In this document: positions 31,132-40,376 of the stretch, one piece after another
How the letters are laid out: each line of letters opens with the position of its first letter
Position numbering within the stretch: the stretch's first letter is position 1
Assembly: GCA_963669175.1 (NCBI GenBank)
Contig: OY769902.1
Location: 1,824,001 to 1,888,000, forward strand
Direction of reading: 5' to 3'
Length of the DNA stretch: 64,000 nt
DNA from: a bacterium
Lineage (GTDB): Bacteria > Electryoneota > Electryoneia > Electryoneales > Electryoneaceae
The notes under the pieces: model-generated
Seen by the model: the letters and a program-made list of their open reading frames with translations, nothing else
What the model was told of the DNA's origin: nothing
Database searches by the model: none
Translations under genes and position numbers: made by a program

Positions 31132-33620
31132 ACGTGCATGAGGCGCGACCACACATAGGTGCAATTATTTTTCTTCCCTGCCTTTTCCTGCTGCTTGGAA
31201 TGGTCGTTCTTCCAGCTCCGGCAGAAGCGAATGATGCTGTTTTCATTCGTGTCGGTGTTATGGATGCCATGCATGATTCCATTCATGATGAGATCGGAAC
31301 CATCCAGGACATCTTCCGCGTTATCCTGGAGGAGATTTCTGACACTGAAGAGTGGGAGGTCGAGTTTATTGAAGGGGATCGTGCTGGCATCCTCGAGAAA
31401 CTGCATCACGGTGAACTTGACCTTGTGATGGCTGTTCCGGTCAGCCTTGCCGAGCAGGAATCGCTGTTCGTTTCCACTGAAACAATCATGTCCACCTGGG
31501 GGCAGGTGTATGTTCGGGATGGCAATCGCATCCAATCCTACCTGGATATGGAGGGGAAATCGGTCGCTTTTCTGCAAGAGGATGCCTATTTCCGGGAATT
31601 CAGGAAAATATCCGAACGCTTCAATATTGAATGTGACCTGGTTACAGCGAAATCATACCGGGATGTATTGGCGGCGGTTCGCAACGGGTTTGTGGATGCG
31701 GGAGTGGTGGAACGTACCCACGGCATGGCCCTCTACGAAGCATACAATGTCACTGACACGCCACTGATTTTTTCGCCTTCAGAACTGCGTTTTGCTGTTG
31801 CCGAGGAGAACAACGCTGAACTGCTCCACGCGATCGATTACCAAGTCGCGTTATACAAACGGGATCAGAATTCAACCTATTATACCATTCTGGAGAAATA
31901 CTTCGGACCGGAAAATGTGTTTATCGTTCCCGGTTGGCTGAAAGCACTGATCGCCGGAATAATCATCATGCTTGTCATTTTACTGGTCACAACGCTGGTG
32001 CTGCGTAAACAGGTAGAGCTCCAAACGCGCGAATTGTCACAGGCGAACAAGGATCTGAAAGAAGAAATCAGGGTTCGCCTGGTGCATGAAAAGGATCTGT
32101 TGCGACTGGGGACTGTTGTTGAACAGATGATAGAAGGTGTTGTGATTACCGATGTTCATGGTAATGTTGAATATGTCAATCCCGGTTTTGAAGCTGTTAC
32201 CGGCTTGCTTCGTGAAGATGTCATCTGCGCCAGCTATACTCATTTGCTCGCCGGTTATAACCGCGAGGATAATGAGTATTGCATTGAGGAGATGGTAAAT
32301 ACAGTAGGCATCGGCAATCCCTGGCGGGGGCGGCTGACCTATACGCGGCAGGATAACAAGATCTCTGACCTCGAGGCCAGTGTCTTACCGATCCGTGATG
32401 CGGAAGGCAACATCGTCAATAACCTGTGTATCCTTCGCGACCTGACCCATGAAACCCTGCTGGAGCGTCAACTCCGTCAATCCCAGAAACTGGAAGCGAT
32501 CGGCACGCTTGCGGGCGGTATCGCTCATGACTTCAATAATACGTTGTTCACGATGATGGGACAGACAGACCTGGCTATGATGCTGATGCCGTCAGACAGT
32601 CCGGCGAAGAAAAAACTGGAACGTGTGATCCAGGCGGGGCAGCGGGCCAAGGATCTGGTCAGGCAGATCCTCACCTTCAGTCGTCACAGCGAGAATGAAC
32701 GCCGTGTCCTGGAAATTCAGAATATCATCAAAGAGACCATGCACCTGATTCGCCCGGCTTTGCCAACCAGCATCGAGATTCGTACGGATTTCAACGCTCG
32801 CGGAGCGCTGGTCGAAACTGATCCGACCCAGATTCACCAGATATTGCTGAACCTGTGCAACAACGCGGCCCAGGCGCTACCGGCGCAAAAGGGCGTTCTT
32901 GATGTACGCCTTTCCACGATCAACATCACCGATCATTTGAACAGCCTCCAGTTGTATCCGGACGACTATATCAAGCTGACCGTACGCGATAATGGCATGG
33001 GCATTCCCAAGCGAGTCCTGGACCGTATTTTTGAACCGTTCTTCTCCACCAAGCCCAAGGGAGAAGGCACCGGGATGGGATTGGCGGTTGTCCACGGGAT
33101 CGTGGAAAGCCACAAGGGATTGATCACGGTCGAGAGCGAGGTGGGGAAGGGGACCACTTTCGATATTTACCTGCCCACGATTCAGGGCGAGGCTTCCGTA
33201 ACCGAACTTGAACAATGTGAGGATCGCAAGGGAAACGAACGAATCCTGGTTGTTGACGATGAAGAGGCGGTCACTGAAGTATTGACCCAGATGTTGGAAC
33301 ACTTGGAATACCAGGTGGATAGTTTCACCGACAGCCGCGAAGCGTTGCGGGTGTTCCGTGAATCACCACGCAACTATGACCTTCTGATCACCGATTTCTC
33401 CATGCCCGGCCTGACCGGGGCGGAGTTGTGCGAACGTGTGCTGGCAATACGGGCGAGTATCCCGATTGTCATGATCACCGGATATGGTCAGTATATGACG
33501 ACTGAGAGCGCGCGTGAGATTGGTGTGACCGAGCTGATGATGAAGCCCATCCTGACGCATGACCTGTCAGAAGTCGTGCGCCGTGTGCTGGATGGGGAAT
33601 CTATGCCCGAGCCTGTGTAG
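31128..33620 (+). CDS. Hybrid sensor histidine kinase (periplasmic SBP-3-like domain, TM, PAS, HisKA, HATPase, REC)
   Basis: GTLAGGIAHDFNN H-box, NLCNNA, FEPFFSTK, GTGMGLA, ILVVDDE; 4-nt overlap with pstS. Confidence 0.93.
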   Translation: MNVHEARPHIGAIIFLPCLFLLLGMVVLPAPAEANDAVFIRVGVMDAMHDSIHDEIGTIQDIFRVILEEISDTEEWEVEFIEGDRAGILEKLHHGELDLVMAVPVSLAEQESLFVSTETIMSTWGQVYVRDGNRIQSYLDMEGKSVAFLQEDAYFREFRKISERFNIECDLVTAKSYRDVLAAVRNGFVDAGVVERTHGMALYEAYNVTDTPLIFSPSELRFAVAEENNAELLHAIDYQVALYKRDQNSTYYTILEKYFGPENVFIVPGWLKALIAGIIIMLVILLVTTLVLRKQVELQTRELSQANKDLKEEIRVRLVHEKDLLRLGTVVEQMIEGVVITDVHGNVEYVNPGFEAVTGLLREDVICASYTHLLAGYNREDNEYCIEEMVNTVGIGNPWRGRLTYTRQDNKISDLEASVLPIRDAEGNIVNNLCILRDLTHETLLERQLRQSQKLEAIGTLAGGIAHDFNNTLFTMMGQTDLAMMLMPSDSPAKKKLERVIQAGQRAKDLVRQILTFSRHSENERRVLEIQNIIKETMHLIRPALPTSIEIRTDFNARGALVETDPTQIHQILLNLCNNAAQALPAQKGVLDVRLSTINITDHLNSLQLYPDDYIKLTVRDNGMGIPKRVLDRIFEPFFSTKPKGEGTGMGLAVVHGIVESHKGLITVESEVGKGTTFDIYLPTIQGEASVTELEQCEDRKGNERILVVDDEEAVTEVLTQMLEHLEYQVDSFTDSREALRVFRESPRNYDLLITDFSMPGLTGAELCERVLAIRASIPIVMITGYGQYMTTESAREIGVTELMMKPILTHDLSEVVRRVLDGESMPEPV

Positions 33621-33638
33621 AGCATACTGGCACGCCGG

Positions 33639-34502
33639 TTATCCCTCGTACACTTCCTGGTTCATATCCACCTTATTGACCACCCATTTGCCCTTGTCAT
33701 TCTTACGGATCTGGCCGGCTTTCAATGCTGGGCCATGTTCAAAAATCATCAGGTAGTGACCGTCAAACGCTTCCGGGAGATAGTGTTCTTTGAAATTCAT
33801 GGTATCGGCTGCGTAGAGGTCATAGCCCATGACAAAGGGAATATGAAGATGGCTGGCTGTCGGGATCAGATCTGCATTAAATACGGCCGTGTGTCCACCT
33901 GATTCCACGTAAATGATGGCGTGATGTTTCGTGTGTCCACCGGTGACACGCATGCGAATGCCCGGCAGAATCTCCTTGTCGCCATCCACCAGAACCAACT
34001 TGCCGGAATCTGCCACCGGTTGCAGGTTTTCCGGCAGGTAACTGGCACGGTCACGCATGGCGGGATCCTGAGCGACTTCCCATTCACCCTTTTGAACCAC
34101 ATACTTGGCGTTCGGGAATGTCAGTTTCAGATTGCCATCAGCGTCACGATAGGTGCCGCCGCCATTATGATCGAAATGCAGATGACTCTGGATCATGTAC
34201 GTGACATCTTCCGGTTCAACCCCGATCTTCTTCAGGTTTTCAAGCAACCACCGTGGCTGTTCAACCGCAAAGATCTTCGCCTGCTTCTCGTCCCATTTGT
34301 TGCCCAATCCGTTATCAATAAGGACAACCTCACTTCCTGTTTTCACCAGCAGGCAATTTGCATGGAGCAGGATACGATTTTTTTCGTCGGGCGGATCCAT
34401 TCTCTCCCACATGACTTTTGGGACAACGCCAAACATGGCGCCGCCATCCAGACGGAAAGGACCATCTTCAATCAGGAACAGGTCAAAATCGCCGAAACGC
34501 AT
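33639..34502 (-). CDS. MBL-fold metallo-hydrolase (YtnP-like)
   Basis: LDGGAMFGVVPK, SHLHFDHNGG, GGHT..H, ADL, MGYD; start at MRFG (34502). Confidence 0.92.
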   Translation of the reverse strand: MRFGDFDLFLIEDGPFRLDGGAMFGVVPKVMWERMDPPDEKNRILLHANCLLVKTGSEVVLIDNGLGNKWDEKQAKIFAVEQPRWLLENLKKIGVEPEDVTYMIQSHLHFDHNGGGTYRDADGNLKLTFPNAKYVVQKGEWEVAQDPAMRDRASYLPENLQPVADSGKLVLVDGDKEILPGIRMRVTGGHTKHHAIIYVESGGHTAVFNADLIPTASHLHIPFVMGYDLYAADTMNFKEHYLPEAFDGHYLMIFEHGPALKAGQIRKNDKGKWVVNKVDMNQEVYEG

Positions 34503-34642
34503 GGTATATACTCTCACGTTTGTTAAAAGTTTGGTAGGCCTAAAAATAAACGAATCAGATGTGTTTTGCACCTGTTTGGGAGACGGCGAGAGTCACCAGG
34601 AGACCGATTAAACGGCGCTGGAAATTAAACGTCGTATACGTG

Positions 34643-34770
34643 CTCAACCAGGAGAAACCCCCATCTCCATCAAGGAACAACAAACATCCACTCCCTCTCC
34701 TGGTCGAGAGGAGTGCGTGGTACCACCCAACCACGCCTGGAGCCCGGTCCAATGGCCGGGTTTCTTTTTT
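34643..34770 (+). ncRNA. Candidate small RNA ending in an intrinsic terminator
   Basis: Stem accaggaga/tctcctggt with C/A-rich loop, stem gcgtggt/accacgc, terminator agcccggtc/ggccgggtt plus T-run; lies between divergent genes. Confidence 0.45.
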
Positions 34771-35008
34771 GGGGGTGGTATGTGATACCGTGAAAACAAT
34801 TGGACGTATGCTTTTTTTCTATACCAACTTTCCTTTCACCTTGTATCCCATTCTCGTTTCGATTGCTATCAGAAATTCTTACGTTTCCATCTGGAGAGTA
34901 TCTTGTGGCAAACTTTATCTGAAGCGCCGGGGGCGAGGAATGCGTATCTGGTTCAGACGGATGTTACCAGTCATGTTGGCGTTTTTCCTGTGCAGGGGAG
35001 GGAACACG

Positions 35009-38000
35009 ATGCCTGTCACCTTTGATACGGCCGATCCGGTCGCTTCACCGGACGCAATTGTGCAGAGTGGAACCGCTCGCTTTACTATCCTCGCACCGGA
35101 TGTGATCCGTCTGGAGTGGTCTGAGAAAAAGCGATTTGAGGACCGTGCCAGCCTGACGTTTATCAACCGCCGTATCGAAACGCTCGGATCATTTGTCACG
35201 ATGGAGGAACGTGGCTGGCTTACCATCACTACCGAAGCCCTGCAACTCCGCTACAAGATCGGAAGCGGCAAATTTACCAGTAAGAACCTGGAAATTCGGC
35301 TTTTCGGCAAGAATACTCCGGACCACTGGAAGCCGGGGATGGAAAACACGGGCAACCTGGGCGGTACGGTACGAACGCTGGATATGGTGTCGGGAGCCAC
35401 CCCTTTGGAACGGGGCGTATTGTCCCGCGAAGGCTGGACACTTCTGGATGACAGCGGCACGCCAGTATTAAGTGACGATTCCCTGCGCTGGCCCAAACAG
35501 AGACGAGATAAAAACGGGATTGACTGGTATTTCTTCACCTATGGCCATGAGTATCAGCACGCCATGCAGAACTACACCGCTTTGACCGGTGCTGTTCCGG
35601 TCCCGCCACGGTGGGCATTCGGGAGCTGGTGGAGCCGCTATTGGGCGTATTCCGCCGCTGAGCTGAAAGAACTGATCGGCGAGTTTCACAAGAATGATGT
35701 TCCCCTGGATGTGCTTGTTGTGGACATGGACTGGCATCTTGAGGGCTGGACCGGGTACACCTGGAACCGTGAACTGTTTCCAGATCCGAAAGCTTTCCTG
35801 GCTTGGGTTCATGAGCAGGGCTTGCATGTCACGTTGAACCTGCATCCACACCAGGGGGTGGGAAAGCATGAAGAATGTTTCGTGGAATTCTGCGAAGCCA
35901 TGGGAATGGATCCTGCTTCCACGGACAATATCCCCTTCGATATCGCCAATCCCGCTTATATGAAGGCTTACTTTGGTATCCTGCATCACCCGTTGGAGGA
36001 GGAAGGCGTCGATTTCTGGTGGATCGACTGGCAACAGGGGGAGGTGTCTGGATTGAAGGGGCTTGATCCCTTGTTCTGGCTGAATCATCTACACTGGCGC
36101 GATATGGAAACCAGAGCGAAAGAAACGGGGAAACGTCCGCTTCTGTTCAGTCGTTGGGGTGGGCTCGGGTCGCACCGTTACCAGACCGGATTTTCCGGGG
36201 ATACCTATTGCGACTGGGCCTCGCTTGCGTTTCAGCCGTACTTCACCACAACCGCCGCCAATGTCGCCTACCCATTCTGGAGCCATGACATCGGTGGTCA
36301 TCAACCCGGCCCGGTAGAGGGGGAGTTGTATCTTCGCTGGGTCCAATTTGCCGTATTCAACCCGATTCTCCGAACCCATGCGACCAAGAATCCAGGAGCC
36401 GAACGTCGTATCTGGTCGTTCGATGATGTGTATTTCCAGGCAATGCGTGGCGCTTTCCAGCTACGTTACCAGCTCGCACCCTATATCTACCACAATGCTC
36501 ATGAGGCGTGGGCATCTACAACGCCACTGCTGAAACCACTTTACTACAAATGGCCGGAAGAGGAAGCGGCGTATGATTTCACGGATCAGTATCTCTTCGG
36601 CGCTGACATGCTGGTTGCACCGGTTATCTCCCCGGTTCAGCAGTCTACAGGCGTAGTCGCGTCTCATGTCTGGATGCCGCCGGGCGAGTGGATTCACTGG
36701 TTTACCGGGCAGCGATTCACCGGCCCGGATACGGTGATAGTCAATACGCCATTGGACCAGACGCCAGTATTTGTTCGCAGTGGGGCGATTATTCCCATGC
36801 AGAGGAAGACTGAACGCCTCGGCGAGACGATTCCTGATACGCTGGTCTTCAGGATGTTCCCGGGTGAGGGCGGTGAGATTCACCTGTATGAGGATGACGG
36901 TGTCAGCAATGCCTACCAAGGTGGGGTTCACAGTATTACCCCGATATCCTGGAAGCATGCCGGCCGTTTGATCAGCATCAGCATCAAGCCACGAGAAGGC
37001 AGCTTCGCAGACGCTCCGGAAAACCGCGTCTATGAATTCCGTTTCCCTTTCCAGTGGTTGCCGGACAAGGTGCAAGCCAACCGTGAGGATTTACCCCAGT
37101 TCTACGAGGAACCGCCAGTGGGGGAGAGTGGCTGGTGGTATGACGCGCATGAGATGATGATTGCTGTCCGGCTCAAGGAAAGGGCGGTATCCGATTCGCA
37201 AACGGTCACCATTTTCACCAAACGTGGGCTGGAACGGACCGATTTTGATGAGGGATTACGTGGCAGGTTGTTACGTTTGGAGCGGGCTGTCGAGCTGGCC
37301 GGTGAACAAACGCCCGAGCCTGCTCTGAAACTAATGGAGAAATGGCAACGGATTACCCACCCCAAGGCGCATCTTGATCACGCCTGGAGTTATCACGGTT
37401 TGGAAGACTCCGTATGGACCGAGGTTGTCGAGTCATTTGCGAATGCACAACTACCGGCAAGTACCCGGGAACAGGCACTGATTGCTCTGCTGGATATTTC
37501 TTTTGAAGTGATCCCCTTCAGCACAGAGCAGGGAGATTTTGCCTTTCGCGCTCAGCTTCATATGCTTGATCCGCTTGAACATATGTATGTCCATTTCGAC
37601 GCAGACTTGCCATCCGGATGGAGAGATATCACTCTTCGTTCCGCAGCATTGTTGCCTGTCCGAGCGGAAAAGCCGGAAGAATTTGTTGCTGTGCTGCGCG
37701 GAGTATCCGAGGTTCAGACAACTTCTGTTCACCTGGTTGCCAGGGTAAGTGTTGGCTATAGCGATGTTGAACTTGCTCATGATGAAGTGCTGTTCCCTGC
37801 GATCAATGCCTGGCATGTGCTGGCGCCGTTTGATAACCCGGGACGGCATTCACTGGAAGAAGAATTCCCGCCGGAAAAAACCATCGCTCTGTCTGATTCT
37901 TACCGTGGCAAAGCGGGAAAGACGATCACGTGGAACACGGTCAGAATGGCCCCGGGATCGGCGAACCGTAATGCGGATGACTTCTTCGTTGACTTGCATG

Positions 38001-38320
38001 AGGCGTCCGGCTCATATACCGAGGATGCCGTGGGCTATGGGTTTGTCTATCTCGACAGCCCACGTGAGCAGGATGCGCTACTCCTGTTGGGCTCGGATGA
38101 TGGGGTGAAGGTATGGCTGAATAACAAGCTGGTGCATGAGAATGAGGTTGGACGCGCGTATCGTCCCCGCGAGGATAGTATCCCGATTCATCTGCGCAAA
38201 GGGTTGAATGCTTTGCTGGTGAAAGTCAGCCAGGGGAACGGCGGCTGGGGGTTCGGCGCGCAGCTTGTGGATATGCAAGGGAAGCCGTTGCATGATGTTC
38301 GGGTGAAATTGCAGCCGTGA
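35009..38320 (+). CDS. Glycoside hydrolase family 31 with DUF5110-like and C-terminal PA14-like domains (alternative start 34940)
   Basis: VVDMDWH, WWIDWQQG (nucleophile), FSGDT (acid/base), SHDIGGH, RTH, LYEDDG, GSDDGVKVWLN; GGGGAGG RBS before 35009. Confidence 0.9.
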   Translation: MPVTFDTADPVASPDAIVQSGTARFTILAPDVIRLEWSEKKRFEDRASLTFINRRIETLGSFVTMEERGWLTITTEALQLRYKIGSGKFTSKNLEIRLFGKNTPDHWKPGMENTGNLGGTVRTLDMVSGATPLERGVLSREGWTLLDDSGTPVLSDDSLRWPKQRRDKNGIDWYFFTYGHEYQHAMQNYTALTGAVPVPPRWAFGSWWSRYWAYSAAELKELIGEFHKNDVPLDVLVVDMDWHLEGWTGYTWNRELFPDPKAFLAWVHEQGLHVTLNLHPHQGVGKHEECFVEFCEAMGMDPASTDNIPFDIANPAYMKAYFGILHHPLEEEGVDFWWIDWQQGEVSGLKGLDPLFWLNHLHWRDMETRAKETGKRPLLFSRWGGLGSHRYQTGFSGDTYCDWASLAFQPYFTTTAANVAYPFWSHDIGGHQPGPVEGELYLRWVQFAVFNPILRTHATKNPGAERRIWSFDDVYFQAMRGAFQLRYQLAPYIYHNAHEAWASTTPLLKPLYYKWPEEEAAYDFTDQYLFGADMLVAPVISPVQQSTGVVASHVWMPPGEWIHWFTGQRFTGPDTVIVNTPLDQTPVFVRSGAIIPMQRKTERLGETIPDTLVFRMFPGEGGEIHLYEDDGVSNAYQGGVHSITPISWKHAGRLISISIKPREGSFADAPENRVYEFRFPFQWLPDKVQANREDLPQFYEEPPVGESGWWYDAHEMMIAVRLKERAVSDSQTVTIFTKRGLERTDFDEGLRGRLLRLERAVELAGEQTPEPALKLMEKWQRITHPKAHLDHAWSYHGLEDSVWTEVVESFANAQLPASTREQALIALLDISFEVIPFSTEQGDFAFRAQLHMLDPLEHMYVHFDADLPSGWRDITLRSAALLPVRAEKPEEFVAVLRGVSEVQTTSVHLVARVSVGYSDVELAHDEVLFPAINAWHVLAPFDNPGRHSLEEEFPPEKTIALSDSYRGKAGKTITWNTVRMAPGSANRNADDFFVDLHEASGSYTEDAVGYGFVYLDSPREQDALLLLGSDDGVKVWLNNKLVHENEVGRAYRPREDSIPIHLRKGLNALLVKVSQGNGGWGFGAQLVDMQGKPLHDVRVKLQP

Positions 38321-38511
38321 GATTTGAAAGATATTGTTTTTCTCGAAAGTTCTTGCTGTCTCGAGTAGGCCTTATACTTTCCCTTGATCTGGTATTTGTC
38401 ATAACGAAACTCCTTGCCCATGTAGACTTTCGGTACTGATATCATTTGAAATCTGCTACCCGACAATTTTAGCAGGCTTTAGCCTGCTTTTTTTAGCACC
38501 CGGCTTCAGCC

Positions 38512-38907
38512 CTGTCTCTTACCCACATCTTCTGAAAGCTGTATCAGTAAAAGAGTTGTGGACATAGCATTTTTAGAATCCCGGCGGGATTCCCTATTTT
38601 AGCATAGTGTACAGGCCGTCTGTTTGGCCTGTACACTATGTCAGGTATTCTAACGAATAATCAACCCTGGAAGGGTTGCATAATACGCGATTCATATTAG
38701 TACGTTCAATAAATACAGGAAATAACGCATTTTATATTCTATACAAACCAATTGGGTGTAAATTATACGTTATGCAACCCTTCCAGGGTTGAGATAAGGT
38801 TTGATCTTTTTCGTAGGGTAGACGCTAAACAGACAGCGTCAACCCTACGCTAAAATATACCACCCCCTCTGGGGTGGCAGAAACACGAAGATGTGAGCAA
38901 GAGACAG
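38512..38907. mobile_element. MITE with IS50/Tn5-like 19-bp ends and 10-bp target-site duplication
   Basis: Left CTGTCTCTTACCCACATCT, right (reverse complement) CTGTCTCTTGCTCACATCT; ggcttcagcc at 38502-38511 and 38908-38917; no ORF inside. Confidence 0.88.
38577..38876. repeat. Palindromic REPIN-like element family B nested inside the MITE
   Basis: Perfect 23-bp inverted repeat tcaaccctggaagggttgcataa (38661-38683 / 38770-38792); outer hairpins with complementary loops gtctgttt/aaacagac. Confidence 0.75.
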
Positions 38908-39124
38908 GGCTTCAGCCGGGGTGTTCGTGGTTGTAAAGAAGTGGCGAGCGCCCTTCAGGGTGCCTTCCGGAATCAGGATTTATAACAGGCAAGCACGCTA
39001 AAGCGCGCTCAGAATGGTTGTCGGCATCTTATCACCCCGGCTGAAGCCGGGTGCTAAGAAGAGCCTGCTGAAGCAGGCTGATATAGTTGTTCTGCTATGT
39101 AAACAGTCAAGGGTGTAAAGAGCC

Positions 39125-39300
39125 TTTGTATCGTCCCATGTGCCGTTCTGCTATTCGTGCTCGTGGCACAGGTTTTTTGTTCGCACGGAACAGCGGCGCC
39201 CTAAACTCGAATCGTTGTCAAGCAACAGAATAACTACCAGGGTCGCGTGTTCCCAATGGCATCGGACGATTCAATCACAATCTATGCTTTACCTACCTGC
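39125..39300 (-). ncRNA. Predicted bridge RNA / seekRNA (ends approximate)
   Basis: Two parallel internal loops; guides TAGTTATTCT and GATTCGAG match the flanks, GAATAGCAG matches the IS end; closing stem atcgtcc/ggacgat. Confidence 0.8.
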
Positions 39301-39314
39301 CAGCAGTGCTGGGG

Positions 39315-40376
39315 TTATACGCAGGCAGGATTGTAGTCTTGTTCTTTGACCAGCATGGCCCACAGTATCACGGCTAGTTTTCGTGCCATGGCGACGATCG
39401 CCACTTTCCGTGTTTTCCCGGCATGGATCGCATCGTATTTCTTCTTTGCATACGGATCTTTTTGCACCCAACGCCACGCAGCTTCGACCAATAGTTTTCG
39501 TAGATGGGACGGTCCCCAGTGGGTAATGTGTCCCATATGGCGTGTGTTGGCGCTTGACCATTCACACGGCGTCAAGCCAAGATGTGCGCCGACTTGCTTA
39601 CCGGATGCGAAGCGTTCGGGACGATACATCTCGGTCACGAAGGCGTTCACGGTCAACTCGCCCACTCCCTTCACCTGGCGCAGGCGCTGGGTACGGTCCC
39701 GATACGTTGCGGACGCATTCATCGCCTTGATCGCTTTGGTGATCACCTTGAGTTGCTGTTCAATGGCCTCCAGCTCATCGAGAGCAACATCAATGGCTAT
39801 CCGTGTCGCGGCCAGACAATCACACGTTCGCAACCAGCGCCGGTATTCCTTTGTCCAATAGCGTTGCGGCGGAAACGGTGACTGTAAACCGTGAAACAAT
39901 AGCAGACTCTTGATTCGGTTTTTGACCCGAACGCGATCATTCATCACCTGGTCACGGGTGCGAGACAACTGACGATCCGCCTCTTCCTGTTCTGTGGGGA
40001 CATGTACCCAGGTACGAGGTGGTGTCCAGAACATGTGGGCCAAGGTAAGGGCATCCAGATGATCGGTCTTCTGCTGCTTCGCTTGCGCCCCTTTGGGAAC
40101 TTGGCTGGGCGGCGCGATCTGGCAGTCAACACCTTGGCCGATCAGGTAACGACAGAGGCCAAAGCCGGTGAGGCCCGCTTCATAACACGCCCACATGCGG
40201 CAGTTGGGAAAACGGGCAAAGAAGCGTTCCCAGGCGGCTGAGTCATGCTTGATCCGATTCTCAAAGAGCACTTCACCAGTCTGGGTGTCGAGCACAACGG
40301 CGAAAGAAGTCTGCGAATCAACATCCAGACCTATAGACAATGAACGGTCCGCTGCAATAACTTGGTTCTTCGACAT
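39315..40376 (-). CDS. IS110-family transposase/recombinase (DEDD RuvC domain plus Tnp domain)
   Basis: IGLDVD, CYEAG, KTDHLDA, VKGVG, LGLTP.EWSS (catalytic Ser region), LRKLLVEAAW, A.VAMARKL; AGGAG RBS. Confidence 0.95.
   Translation of the reverse strand: MSKNQVIAADRSLSIGLDVDSQTSFAVVLDTQTGEVLFENRIKHDSAAWERFFARFPNCRMWACYEAGLTGFGLCRYLIGQGVDCQIAPPSQVPKGAQAKQQKTDHLDALTLAHMFWTPPRTWVHVPTEQEEADRQLSRTRDQVMNDRVRVKNRIKSLLLFHGLQSPFPPQRYWTKEYRRWLRTCDCLAATRIAIDVALDELEAIEQQLKVITKAIKAMNASATYRDRTQRLRQVKGVGELTVNAFVTEMYRPERFASGKQVGAHLGLTPCEWSSANTRHMGHITHWGPSHLRKLLVEAAWRWVQKDPYAKKKYDAIHAGKTRKVAIVAMARKLAVILWAMLVKEQDYNPACV

Larger units (their letters stand above)
38471..39079. repeat. REPIN/PATE-like palindromic element family A, copy 1 (interrupted by a MITE)
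   Basis: Same six palindromes in the same order as 49685-49886; 203 bp after removing the MITE and one TSD copy, versus 202 bp for copy 2. Confidence 0.85.

Noticed and set aside
34713-34728. T-box (GTGGTACCAC resembles UGGNACC)
   Set aside because: No stem I/specifier, no proper antiterminator pairing, and the downstream gene is a glycoside hydrolase
34559-34939. 127-aa N-terminal extension of the GH31 ORF
   Set aside because: It runs through the candidate sRNA and terminator; RBS-supported starts are at 34940 or 35009
38512-38530. Nextera/Tn5 adapter contamination
   Set aside because: Both ends differ from the mosaic end at internal positions, face each other, and are flanked by a 10-bp duplication whose removal restores a palindrome; still worth a read-level check
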